Origin: Nanobdellati archaeon
GTDB taxonomy: Archaea > Nanobdellota > Nanobdellia > Woesearchaeales > GCA-2686295
Assembly: GCA_014384375.1 (NCBI GenBank)
Contig: JACNFY010000020.1
Span: 65,222-129,221 of the forward strand
Direction of reading: 5' to 3'
Length of the DNA: 64,000 nt
The position numbers were made by a program, and so were the translations under genes. The notes below the pieces were generated by a model. It was not told the DNA's origin, did not search any database, and saw nothing but the letters and a program-made list of their open reading frames with translations. Of the stretch, positions 1 through 8,588 are shown one piece after another (positions within the stretch are counted from its first letter, which is position 1; every line of letters starts with the position of its first letter).

Positions 1-34
1 TTTTTCAAGGTTTTCTTTTTATCTTCCTCAAAAC

Positions 35-547
35 TCATTTTATCTTATCCCTCAAATCTTGAATAGAAATATACTCAACAGGAACATCCTTCTCAATTTC
101 AGGATGTAATTTCTGACTCATAAAATCTCTCATCAGAAAAACTCTCTTTACCTTGAACCACTTGGTATAGCATATCTCTATCATAGCGCCAGGTGCCAAC
201 CCAACCACTAGCAAAACATCTGACTCCTCACAAAACTTCTCTGGCTGGTTCCTCCAAGTACCGCAGTTAATGATGTCATCAGCAATTGTTTCATCAACGT
301 CTCTAATACCCCACTCAGTATCATCTCTTGGAACAATACCAACAACTTTCTTACCTCCAAGGTCCTTATAAGCAGAAGCAATCAACCCCTGAGCAGTACC
401 ACTAGCAGGCATAATAACAATCTCATGACTAGTTGATGCTAAGTGTTCGGCTATTTTTTCAAGAAAATACAGATACTCAGATTCTTCAACACCTAATCTC
501 TCACAAAAGTCTTTAACCCTTGTAGGGCCAACAATGCCAATTCTCAT
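35..547 (-). CDS. LOG/TIGR00725-like Rossmann-fold nucleotide-binding protein (function uncertain)
   Basis: Track ORF 35..556 starts at TTG. An in-frame ATG at 547 (MRIGIVGP...) overlaps the corA stop by 1 nt (TAATG). PASGTAQGLIASA..GGKKVVGIVP and VVGLAPGAMIE loosely fit LOG/SLOG glycine-rich motifs, so the call is tentative. Confidence 0.4.
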   Translation of the reverse strand: MRIGIVGPTRVKDFCERLGVEESEYLYFLEKIAEHLASTSHEIVIMPASGTAQGLIASAYKDLGGKKVVGIVPRDDTEWGIRDVDETIADDIINCGTWRNQPEKFCEESDVLLVVGLAPGAMIEICYTKWFKVKRVFLMRDFMSQKLHPEIEKDVPVEYISIQDLRDKIK

Positions 548-1491
548 TATAACCAATCTGTTTTTTTGAATATTGCAAAAAACATTCCTGCAACCAGAAT
601 CATCAAACCAAAGACTATGGCAAAGCCATAATCAGAGTCTGCTAACGGGATTTTTAAATTCATACCAAATAATCCTGTTATGAATGTAGGAACCATTATT
701 ATGAGTGCCAATGAAGTGAGCTTTTTCATGAAATTATTCAACTTGTGCGTTGCTACGACTGTTTGAAAATTAAACAAGTTAGATATGACCTCTCTCTGTA
801 TTTTTTCAGTGTCCAGAATATGAAGTTTGTCATAGTACAAATCAGAAAACATTTCAAGATTATGTTTCGTGAATTTCTTGAAATAACTCTTTCTCAAACC
901 AACTAAAACTTCCATGTTAGCTAACAATGCTTGATTAAAATGTGTCAAAGTAACATTATAATTATACAATTTCATCAACTGTTTGCTGGAAACATCTCCT
1001 TCTTTGCCTTCTAGAACATCAGCCAAATTAGCTATCTTATCAATGGTTAATAGGAAATCATCATTTATTTTGTCTAGAAAATAATAAAGGAATTCCCCAA
1101 TAGAGGACTTGAAAAGGAACTTTAATTTCCGTTTTCTCATCAAAGAAGCTATTTTTTCTATTGTTATGATTCGCTCTTTTTCAACAGTTATAAAAATGTT
1201 GTTTATCAAGAATATATTGACAGGAGCCGTTGTTATTTCTCCTTTATCTAAGAATGGAACCTGATATATCAATTCAAGAAATCTCCCTTGTTCTAATCTC
1301 GACCTCTCATCAGAATCAAAAAATTCTTGGAATTCCTCAAAAGGCACTTTTGTGAACTCCGCTATTCTCTGGATTTTTTCTTCTTTATTACCAACAACTC
1401 TTATCCAAATTAATTTATCCTTATCCAGCCTTTGAAAATCATAATCTGATACAACATTTTTTCCATTAAAATAAAACACTTCCATAATCAA
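547..1491 (-). CDS. corA: CorA-family Mg2+/Co2+ transporter
   Basis: 314 aa. Long cytoplasmic N-domain and two C-terminal TM helices flanking the CorA signature GMN (ITGLFGMNLKIP). Confidence 0.85.
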   Translation of the reverse strand: MIMEVFYFNGKNVVSDYDFQRLDKDKLIWIRVVGNKEEKIQRIAEFTKVPFEEFQEFFDSDERSRLEQGRFLELIYQVPFLDKGEITTAPVNIFLINNIFITVEKERIITIEKIASLMRKRKLKFLFKSSIGEFLYYFLDKINDDFLLTIDKIANLADVLEGKEGDVSSKQLMKLYNYNVTLTHFNQALLANMEVLVGLRKSYFKKFTKHNLEMFSDLYYDKLHILDTEKIQREVISNLFNFQTVVATHKLNNFMKKLTSLALIIMVPTFITGLFGMNLKIPLADSDYGFAIVFGLMILVAGMFFAIFKKTDWL

Positions 1492-1517
1492 AGAAAAATT
1501 TGTTTATTTAAAAACAT

Positions 1518-2813
1518 TTATGGTTTCCATCTAAGCATTGTTCTTGGAAAAGGTATAGCATCTTTAATATTTTCCAATCCACAAATCCATGCAACAACTC
1601 TTTCAACACCAACTCCATAACCTGCATGTGGAACAGAACCATACTTTCTCAAGTCAAAGTACCATTCATAACTCTTTATATCCTCACCTTCCTTCTTAAG
1701 TGCTTTTCTCATCTCCTCAATATCAGTACTTCTCTGACTTCCACCAACAAGCTCTCCATATCCCTCTGGAGCCAACATGTCAAAGCAAAGTGCTTCATCT
1801 GGATGCTTAGAATCAGTTGGTTTGTAAAAAGCCATAATCTCTTTAGGATAATGAGTGACAACAATAGGAGTGTCGAAATGGTCCATTAACTTATCCTCCT
1901 CTATTGTCCTCAAGTCTTTGCCAAAAGAAATATTAACTTTAGCTTTTTCCTTCAAAACCTTCAAAGCATCTCTGTATTTGATAGTCGGCCACTTCTTATC
2001 AGCAATCTTTAGTAGCTTCTTTGGGTCTCTGCCAAGAAACTTCAGCTCTTCTGCACATTCTTTAGCAACTTTTTTCACACAGTATTTTATTTCCTTCTTT
2101 GCAAATTCAGTTATATCATGCAAATCAAACCACGCCACTTCTGTCTCTGCCATCCAGAACTCTGATAGATGCCTGGAAGTCTTTGACTTCTCAGCCCTAA
2201 ATGTCGGTCCCATATTGTATATCTTCTCCAAAGCAAAGACAGCTGCTTCTGCATATAACTGCCATGACTGTGAGAGATATGTCTTGTTTCCATAGTACTT
2301 TACCTCAAATAATGTGCTTCCACCTTCACACTGGCTTGGCTGTAGGATAGGAGCGTCAAACCTGTAAAAGCCTTCTTTCTTAAAGAACTCATCTCTTGCC
2401 TGAATATAGGCACTCCTTACCTTCATAATAGCAGTCATCCTTCTGCTTCTCAACCATAGATGCCTCTTGTCAAGCAGGAATTCTGAGCTCTGATCCTTTG
2501 TGATAGGATAAGTATCTGAGAAGCCTACTATTTTAAAATCAGATACAGAAACATCATAACCTGTCGGTGCACGTTTATCTTTCTTTATCGTTCCTTTTAT
2601 CTCCATTGATGCTTCTATCTGCAATGAGTCAGCTTGTTTCCACTTCTTTTTAGAGAAATCATCTTTCTTAATGACACATTGTATTCTGCTAGTGCTATCT
2701 CTCAGAACTATGAATTTTACCTTGTTGGAACCTCTTTCTCTATAGACCCAACCTCTTATAGCAACCTTTCCCTTGCCACGTTTCATAGCTTGTTGTATCG
2801 AAATAAAACTCAT
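1518..2813 (-). CDS. asnS: asparagine--tRNA ligase
   Basis: 431 aa class IIb aaRS. N-terminal OB fold (VAIRGWVYRERGSNKVKFIVLRD). The motif-3 region GYGVGVERVVAWICGLENIKDAIPFPR is typical of AsnRS rather than AspRS. Confidence 0.85.
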   Translation of the reverse strand: MSFISIQQAMKRGKGKVAIRGWVYRERGSNKVKFIVLRDSTSRIQCVIKKDDFSKKKWKQADSLQIEASMEIKGTIKKDKRAPTGYDVSVSDFKIVGFSDTYPITKDQSSEFLLDKRHLWLRSRRMTAIMKVRSAYIQARDEFFKKEGFYRFDAPILQPSQCEGGSTLFEVKYYGNKTYLSQSWQLYAEAAVFALEKIYNMGPTFRAEKSKTSRHLSEFWMAETEVAWFDLHDITEFAKKEIKYCVKKVAKECAEELKFLGRDPKKLLKIADKKWPTIKYRDALKVLKEKAKVNISFGKDLRTIEEDKLMDHFDTPIVVTHYPKEIMAFYKPTDSKHPDEALCFDMLAPEGYGELVGGSQRSTDIEEMRKALKKEGEDIKSYEWYFDLRKYGSVPHAGYGVGVERVVAWICGLENIKDAIPFPRTMLRWKP

Positions 2814-2850
2814 GCAAGAGAAGAATAAAGACTATTTTAAAAAAGTTTGT

Positions 2851-2865
2851 AAAAAAAAGAAAAAA
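2851..2865 (-). terminator. oligo-T tract (T6-C-T8 on the minus strand), putative archaeal terminator
   Basis: Lies 9 nt downstream of the TAA stop of ORF 2874..3566. A TATA-like TTTTTTAAAATAG for asnS follows. Confidence 0.35.
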
Positions 2866-2873
2866 TTTTGTTT

Positions 2874-3566
2874 TTAACCAATCGCTACTGAAAACTGGTT
2901 TGTTCCTGTGCAGTTGACCTGCCTTGTTGCTCCTGGTGAAAGGTCTATCTCACCAAGAGGGCTGACTGTAGCGTCATCAATCGACATGTTCTCTATTGTA
3001 GGAGGATTGCCTACCACATCCGGCACTTCTAATTCTGCTTGCGTAACTCTGATTTCTTCTCCAGCACTAACAGCATCTACATGAACATGAATGTGTAAAT
3101 CTGTATAGTCAGTAATGCTTTCAGCTTCTGCATCTGTTAAAGTATATGTGTATGTTGTATAAGCAGTTCTGTCAATGCTAGTCTTTACAGATGAAGCAAT
3201 TACTGTAACACCTTGATATAAATGGAAAAAGAGTTTTTCTGGACCACCTCCATATTTAGCTGCTATCGCAGTCATACGCATTATATGGCTTGTATTTACT
3301 CCTGGGTCAGTAACATCGGTTAGATTAAATTGTATTTCTGATTCATCTACGCTTGAATTTACATAATCCGTATCGCTATTAGGAGTAACTTCGTCTACTG
3401 CTTGCCAATACTCAGTATCGCCACCTTGATTAACTACAAACCAATCTGTTGAAGATAATGTATCATCAGGTCTTCCAAATTGTGCGCTTTGGACTGTTTG
3501 CATGCTCAAGATTAAAGATAAGCAAAATACCAATATAAACACCACTATTGCTTTTTTATTCCTCAT
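2874..3566 (-). CDS. secreted protein of unknown function (Sec signal peptide)
   Basis: 230 aa. N-terminal signal peptide (KKAIVVFILVFCLSLILSMQTVQSA). Acidic Thr/Asp-rich mature part with several N-x-S/T sequons. The start overlaps the stop of the upstream Tfx-like ORF (ATGA). No family recognised. Confidence 0.5.
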   Translation of the reverse strand: MRNKKAIVVFILVFCLSLILSMQTVQSAQFGRPDDTLSSTDWFVVNQGGDTEYWQAVDEVTPNSDTDYVNSSVDESEIQFNLTDVTDPGVNTSHIMRMTAIAAKYGGGPEKLFFHLYQGVTVIASSVKTSIDRTAYTTYTYTLTDAEAESITDYTDLHIHVHVDAVSAGEEIRVTQAELEVPDVVGNPPTIENMSIDDATVSPLGEIDLSPGATRQVNCTGTNQFSVAIG

Positions 3567-3745
3567 TTTAATCCTAGTCTCTTTGCCTCTTCTAGTGTTT
3601 GTCTTGCTTCCCTTATCTTTCTTAGAGCATTTTTTTCGAAATTAGAAACAGCTGCCTGGCTTATACCAAGCTTTTTGCTAACCTCTATCTGTGTTAACTC
3701 TTTTGCTCTTAGCTCAAGAACTTCTATCTCTTTTTGTGTAAGCAT
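3563..3745 (-). CDS. Tfx-type HTH DNA-binding mini-protein
   Basis: 60 aa. LTQKEIEVLELRAKELTQIEVSKKLGISQAAVSNFEKNALRKIREARQTL matches the N-terminal HTH of archaeal Tfx (LuxR/sigma-70 region-4-like). The Tfx C-terminal domain is absent. Confidence 0.6.
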   Translation of the reverse strand: MLTQKEIEVLELRAKELTQIEVSKKLGISQAAVSNFEKNALRKIREARQTLEEAKRLGLK

Positions 3746-3848
3746 GTTATCCCTGCGTCTCTATAAGCGTTATAAGTTATATCTTTATTATAACTTGTAT
3801 TTGTTATATTTAAATTTTTCCCTAAAAAAAGACAAAATACAGAAACAA

Positions 3849-3882
3849 TCTAACCCTTCTTTCTCAAAGAAAGATTAAGCTC
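3849..3882. repeat. left copy of exact 34-bp direct repeat (duplicate of aspS 3' end)
   Basis: TCTAACCCTTCTTTCTCAAAGAAAGATTAAGCTC, identical to 5180..5213. Non-coding here: on the minus strand an in-frame stop lies 9 codons upstream. Confidence 0.9.
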
Positions 3883-3954
3883 CTTTCTCCCTAAAAACCA
3901 CAAGATTTATAAATAAACCAAAGTTATATATATTGGTAACTATGGTTAATTAAA

Positions 3955-4593
3955 ATGATTCCTTTAAGCTTGAGATTAAAAAAAGCGAGACACAAAGAAA
4001 TAGCTAGAACTCAGGATTTGATGATTGAAGAGCTTTACAAACAATTTAATGAAGCTGTTTTGCATGGCGGAACAGCTATATGGAGATGTTATCAGGGAAA
4101 TAGATTTTCAGAAGATGTTGATGTGTATATTAAGAGAGATATTAACAGGATAAATAATCTTTTTAAGAATCTTGAAAAAGCAGGATTTATAGTTGAAAAG
4201 AAAAAAATCAGTGAAAACAGTATCTTCTCAAAATTGCAATTTAATAGAGTAACAGTAAGGTTTGAAGCTTTATTCAAAACCAAAAAAGGATTTTTAAAAG
4301 AATATGAAACTATTGAAGGGAACTTTATTACAGTCTATACATTAACTCCGGAAGAATTGATAAAAGAGAAAGTTAATGCTTACTTAAAAAGATTTAAAAT
4401 AAGAGACATTTATGATATTTTCTTCTTATTAAGACATGTAAAGGATGAAGATGAAGTTTTGAAAGAACTAAAAGTATTAACTAAGAGATTTAAGCAACCA
4501 ATTGATAAAGAAGACCTGAAGGTTTTGGTTATTGAGGGCTTGGTCCCTGATGTAAAACAAATGCTAATGTATATAAACAGATGGGTGAAATAA
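3955..4593 (+). CDS. abiEii: AbiEii-family nucleotidyltransferase toxin (type IV TA system)
   Basis: 212 aa. GGTAIWRCYQGNRFSEDVDVY matches the AbiEii/DUF1814 (COG2253) signature GGTAL...R.SeDlD. Confidence 0.75.
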   Translation: MIPLSLRLKKARHKEIARTQDLMIEELYKQFNEAVLHGGTAIWRCYQGNRFSEDVDVYIKRDINRINNLFKNLEKAGFIVEKKKISENSIFSKLQFNRVTVRFEALFKTKKGFLKEYETIEGNFITVYTLTPEELIKEKVNAYLKRFKIRDIYDIFFLLRHVKDEDEVLKELKVLTKRFKQPIDKEDLKVLVIEGLVPDVKQMLMYINRWVK

Positions 4594-5171
4594 TATTGGG
4601 GAAGATAAAGTATATTAAGGATTTAGAAAGATTGTTTGAAAAAAGCCCGGTAGTAGATGTTAATTCAATAGTAAGATTAATCAGGAATAAAAAAAATGTT
4701 AAGCAGTATCAAAAACAATTAATAAGAAATCTTGTTTTAAAAGGCAGAATAAAAAAGCTAGTAAAAGGATTCTACACGATGCATAACGACCCCTCATTGG
4801 CTGTATTTTGCATCAAGCCCTCTTATCTTGGTTTACAGGATGCATTAAGTTTTCATGAACTTTGGGAACAGGAAACAATTCCAGTGATAATCACAACGAG
4901 AAAAGTAAGGCCTGGAATAAGAAAGATTCTAGGGAGTAACATCTTGATTAGGAGGATAGATAAAAAATATGTTTTCGGCATTAATTATGAAAAACAAGGA
5001 GATTTTTATTTTCCTTATTCTGATATAGAGAAGACCTTTATTGACATGATCTATTTCAAACAAGGAATAAGCCAAGAAGTGAGACAAGAGATAATCAAAA
5101 AAATCAATATGAAAAAATTAAATTCATATTTGAAAGTTTATCCGAAAAGATTCAGAAAAAGGTTTATTTGA
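4581..5171 (+). CDS. abiEi: AbiEi-family antitoxin / transcriptional regulator
   Basis: 196 aa. N-terminal winged helix ending in the AbiEi hallmark LVLKGRIKKLVKGFYTM (G.l.rv.rGlY), followed by a COG5340-like C-domain. The start overlaps the abiEii end by 13 nt. Confidence 0.65.
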   Translation: MGEIILGKIKYIKDLERLFEKSPVVDVNSIVRLIRNKKNVKQYQKQLIRNLVLKGRIKKLVKGFYTMHNDPSLAVFCIKPSYLGLQDALSFHELWEQETIPVIITTRKVRPGIRKILGSNILIRRIDKKYVFGINYEKQGDFYFPYSDIEKTFIDMIYFKQGISQEVRQEIIKKINMKKLNSYLKVYPKRFRKRFI

Positions 5172-5179
5172 AATACTGT

Positions 5180-5213
5180 TCTAACCCTTCTTTCTCAAAG
5201 AAAGATTAAGCTC
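5180..5213. repeat. right copy of exact 34-bp direct repeat (functional 3' end of aspS)
   Basis: Identical to 3849..3882. On the minus strand it encodes the aspS C-terminus ...ELNLSLRKKG plus stop. Confidence 0.9.
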
Positions 5214-6599
5214 TTTAAGCTGCTCATCGTAGATCTCTGAAGGGCTTCCCATCATCAAGTCCTTTGCATCTTTGTTCTTTGGAAAAGCAATAACATCCCT
5301 GATAGAATCACAACCAGCCATTATAGCAACAAGCCTGTCAAAACCAAAAGCAATACCTCCATGTGGAGGAGCTCCATATTTGAAAGCATTCAACAAGAAA
5401 CCAAATTTCTCCTGAACTTCCTTATCACCAATCTTCAACGCTTTAAAAATCTTCTTCTGGATGTCACCCTTATGAATCCTAATAGAACCGCCTGCAATCT
5501 CCTCACCATTCAAAACAAGGTCATAAGCTTTTGACATAGCTTCGCTCAAAAATTTATTTTTTGGCGCGCCAACAGCTTTGCTGTTGAGCGTTTCAGGGTT
5601 CTTCTCCAATAATCCCAATGAGTTATCAGCCGGCATAGTGAAAGGATGATGCACAGAAACAAGGCGTTTCTCTTCCTTGCTATATTCAAACAACGGGAAC
5701 TTGTTAACCCATAAGAAAGAGTATGTATGTCCGCCTTTCTTCAAGTGTGGTCTGTCAGTTCCGTATTTCTTCATAGCTGTCTTGTAATCCATTCTTGAAA
5801 AAGGAGTCTTTACATCAACATTCAAAACCTCTTTGAAAACATACTTCATGAGTCTCTCAAAAACATCATAGATGTCTTCTTCATCAATAAAGCTCATCTC
5901 AACATCTATCTGAGTGAACTCAGGCTGTCTGTCAGCTCTTAAATCCTCATCTCTAAAGCATTTCACGATTTGGAAATACCTGTCAAAGCCAGCCACCATG
6001 AAAAGTTGCTTGAACAACTGGGGACTCTGTGGCAAAGCATAGAATTTCCCCTTGTGGACTCTGCTCGGCACCAAGTAATCACGAGCGCCTTCAGGTGTTG
6101 ACTTAGCAATCATAGGAGTTTCTATCTCTAAAAACCCTTCTTTGTCAAAAAAATCACGGACAGCCTTGGCTGCTTTATGTCTTAAAATAATGTTTTTCTG
6201 CATAAAACCGCTTCTTAAATCAAGATATCTATAAATCAATCTTGTCTCCTCTGTTGACTTATCATCACCAATCTCCAAAGGAATAGGCTCAGACTCATTC
6301 AACACTTCAATCTTATCAGCCTTTACCTCAATCTCTCCAGTAGTCATCTCTTTGTTCACATCCTTCGCAGGTCTTGCCTGCACTTTACCTTCTACAAGAA
6401 CAACTGATTCCTTTCTTAACTGACCATACCTCTTTGCAAACTCAGGATTAAGAAAAACCTGTGTTGAACCATACCTATCTCTTAACTTCAGAAAACCTAT
6501 CTTACCAAAAGTTCTTATCTTATCAACCCAGCCGGTCAGCCTTGCTTTTTTACCAACATGCTTCTTGTTTAACTCCCCACAGGTATGCGTTCTTAACAT
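5181..6599 (-). CDS. aspS: aspartate--tRNA ligase, bacterial type, lacking the GAD insertion domain
   Basis: 472 aa. Bacterial-type N-terminus (MLRTHTCGEL..GWVDKIRTFGKIGFLKLRDRYG) and motif 3 PPHGGIAFGFDRLVAIMAG..SIRDVIAFPK. Confidence 0.85.
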   Translation of the reverse strand: MLRTHTCGELNKKHVGKKARLTGWVDKIRTFGKIGFLKLRDRYGSTQVFLNPEFAKRYGQLRKESVVLVEGKVQARPAKDVNKEMTTGEIEVKADKIEVLNESEPIPLEIGDDKSTEETRLIYRYLDLRSGFMQKNIILRHKAAKAVRDFFDKEGFLEIETPMIAKSTPEGARDYLVPSRVHKGKFYALPQSPQLFKQLFMVAGFDRYFQIVKCFRDEDLRADRQPEFTQIDVEMSFIDEEDIYDVFERLMKYVFKEVLNVDVKTPFSRMDYKTAMKKYGTDRPHLKKGGHTYSFLWVNKFPLFEYSKEEKRLVSVHHPFTMPADNSLGLLEKNPETLNSKAVGAPKNKFLSEAMSKAYDLVLNGEEIAGGSIRIHKGDIQKKIFKALKIGDKEVQEKFGFLLNAFKYGAPPHGGIAFGFDRLVAIMAGCDSIRDVIAFPKNKDAKDLMMGSPSEIYDEQLKELNLSLRKKG

Positions 6600-6638
6600 T
6601 ATTAGCTGTTTATTCGAGTTATTATTTAATTTTTTCTA

Positions 6639-7283
6639 TTATATTATCTCTACTCTATACGACGCTCTCTGCTTGAACGTCTCTGCATCTGCTTGCGTGC
6701 CAACGATTGCTCCGTAGTGCATAGGTATTGCTAGCTTTGGTTTTATTTTTCTGCATGCTTCTGCTGCTTCCATTGCAGTCATCACATAAGTGCCAGAGAC
6801 AGGAAGCAACGCAACATCTATGTTCTCAAACCCTTCCATCTCAGGAATCGTATCAGTATCGCCTGCATGATAAATTCTCTTACCGTCAATTGTCAATATA
6901 TAGCCAACCATCTGGTTTTCTTTCGGATGATAGGGCACACCAGGACTTCTGAATTTATTGATATTGTAGGCAGGCACTGCCTCGATAAGCATTCCTTCAA
7001 TCTTTATTTTCTTCCCTGGCTCTGCAAGCGCTATATGTCGGATATCCAAACCAGACAATTTACTCTGACAATTCGCGACAGTAACTATTATAGTATTCTC
7101 ATTCGACACTCTCTCAACATCACTCGGACTGCAATGATCATAGTGCTCATGTGTTATCAGCACCAAATCAGCCTTTTCATCAACATCCTCTACCTGAAAA
7201 GGGTCTATGTAGACAACCTTGCTTCCTTTTATTTTGAAACAGTCATGATTTATTCTTTCGATAGATAGTCCTTCATACTCCAT
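6639..7283 (-). CDS. MBL-fold metal-dependent hydrolase (UPF0173-like)
   Basis: Track ORF starts at GTG 7292. The ATG at 7283 is preceded by GAGGTG (7290..7295) at 6-nt spacing. HEHYDH metal-binding motif. Confidence 0.7.
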   Translation of the reverse strand: MEYEGLSIERINHDCFKIKGSKVVYIDPFQVEDVDEKADLVLITHEHYDHCSPSDVERVSNENTIIVTVANCQSKLSGLDIRHIALAEPGKKIKIEGMLIEAVPAYNINKFRSPGVPYHPKENQMVGYILTIDGKRIYHAGDTDTIPEMEGFENIDVALLPVSGTYVMTAMEAAEACRKIKPKLAIPMHYGAIVGTQADAETFKQRASYRVEII

Positions 7284-7360
7284 TTGTAACACCTCTACTA
7301 TAAGTAAGGATGCTTATTTTTATAAAAATTGTTATTTCTTCGAGAAGTATAATCAAAACA

Positions 7361-7368
7361 TTTATATA
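7361..7368 (+). promoter_or_regulatory. TATA box for the membrane-protein triplet operon
   Basis: TTTATATA lies 27-34 nt upstream of ATG 7395, with an A-rich BRE-like stretch just 5'. This implies a near-leaderless transcript. Confidence 0.45.
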
Positions 7369-7394
7369 TTAATCAGTCAATAATTTCTATTACG

Positions 7395-7955
7395 ATGGCA
7401 GAGACTGTGCTAGGCGGAACAATAGCTTTTTTGAACGAAATAGGGGTTTATGATGTTATTCTTCCATTCCTATTAGTTTTCACGATAGTTTTTGCAATCC
7501 TTGAAAAAACGAAGATTTTTGGTGTTGAAAAGGTCGGTGACCAAGAAGTAACTAGAAAAAACATGAACGCGATGACTGCATTTGTACTTGCCTTTTTTGT
7601 CATCGCATCATCAAAGCTTGTCGCTCTTATAAACACAGTGGCTAGCCAAGCATTCCTATTAGTGTTACTTGTAATTCTCTTCTTAATGCTTGCAGGAGTG
7701 CTTCAAAAAGAGGGGGAATACGAGTTGATGGGTGGTTGGAAAAAGTTTTTTATGGCAGTTGTATTTATTATTTTAGTGTTGATTTTCCTAAACGCACTTG
7801 GATGGTTACAAACAGGTTATGAATTCCTCGCAGACTATTGGAATACAGAAGCTGTTTCCGCAATAATACTTATAATACTAATTATCCTATTTATGGCTTG
7901 GATAAGCAAAAGTCCAAAAGAAGGCAAGAAAAAAGAAGAAAAAGGTGATAAATAA
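7395..7955 (+). CDS. polytopic membrane protein, paralog 1 of 3 (unknown family)
   Basis: 186 aa, about 5 TM helices. Conserved N-terminal block EIGVYDVILPFLLVFTIVFAILEKTKIFG is shared with the next ORF. Lys/Glu-rich tail. Confidence 0.6.
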   Translation: MAETVLGGTIAFLNEIGVYDVILPFLLVFTIVFAILEKTKIFGVEKVGDQEVTRKNMNAMTAFVLAFFVIASSKLVALINTVASQAFLLVLLVILFLMLAGVLQKEGEYELMGGWKKFFMAVVFIILVLIFLNALGWLQTGYEFLADYWNTEAVSAIILIILIILFMAWISKSPKEGKKKEEKGDK

Positions 7956-8581
7956 TGGTTTGGAGTTTCGAATATTCTTTATATGCGCTTGAACAAATAG
8001 GACTCGTAGATGTGATTCTACCGTTCATAATAATATTTACAATTATCTTTGCTGCTCTCCAGAAATCACATATACTTGGGAAGGACAGCAAGAAGTTCAA
8101 TGTGGTTATTGCAATGGTGATGGGCTTGGCAGTTGTCATCCCTCATGTGTTATGGGGTTCTCCTACTTTATCTGGTGGCCAATACCCCTACTTATCTAAT
8201 GGTATGCTTGATGTTGTGCAAGTAATGAATAATGCTTTACCAAATGTTTCCTTGGTAGCAATTGCTTTCATAATGATAATGTTAATACTTGGAATAATAG
8301 GAGGAGATGTTAACTTTGCAGGCACAAGCCTTGGTGGAATAGCTGTCGTCATATCTATTATTGCAGTACTAATAATATTCCTAGCGGCTGCCGATGTGTT
8401 CACCTTTCTTCCCTGGTGGCTCAACTGGATATATGATCCTTATGTAAAGGAAGTCGTTGTTGTCATATTAGTGTTTGGAATAATCATATGGTTTATCACA
8501 AAAGATGATAGAACCAGTGCAGAAAGAGGTTTCAGAGGCTTTTTCGAAGACTTAACAAAGATATTCCCTGGAAAGAAATAA
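7955..8581 (+). CDS. polytopic membrane protein, paralog 2 of 3
   Basis: 208 aa. N-terminal block QIGLVDVILPFIIIFTIIFAALQKSHILG. The start shares 1 nt with the preceding stop (TAATG). Confidence 0.6.
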   Translation: MVWSFEYSLYALEQIGLVDVILPFIIIFTIIFAALQKSHILGKDSKKFNVVIAMVMGLAVVIPHVLWGSPTLSGGQYPYLSNGMLDVVQVMNNALPNVSLVAIAFIMIMLILGIIGGDVNFAGTSLGGIAVVISIIAVLIIFLAAADVFTFLPWWLNWIYDPYVKEVVVVILVFGIIIWFITKDDRTSAERGFRGFFEDLTKIFPGKK

Positions 8582-8588
8582 AGTTAAA

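Larger units (their letters stand above)
3849..5213. mobile_element. putative inserted toxin-antitoxin cassette bounded by direct repeats
   Basis: A 1.3-kb segment containing only abiEii/abiEi, bracketed by the exact 34-bp repeats. The right repeat forms the last 10 sense codons plus stop of aspS. No integrase or transposase inside. Confidence 0.45.

Noticed and set aside
3675-3878. A 67-aa plus-strand ORF spanning the left 34-bp repeat.
   Set aside because: It is antisense to the Tfx-like gene at its 5' end, low-complexity (LYLLYLNFSLKK), and ends inside the repeat remnant. It is better explained as non-coding promoter/att region.
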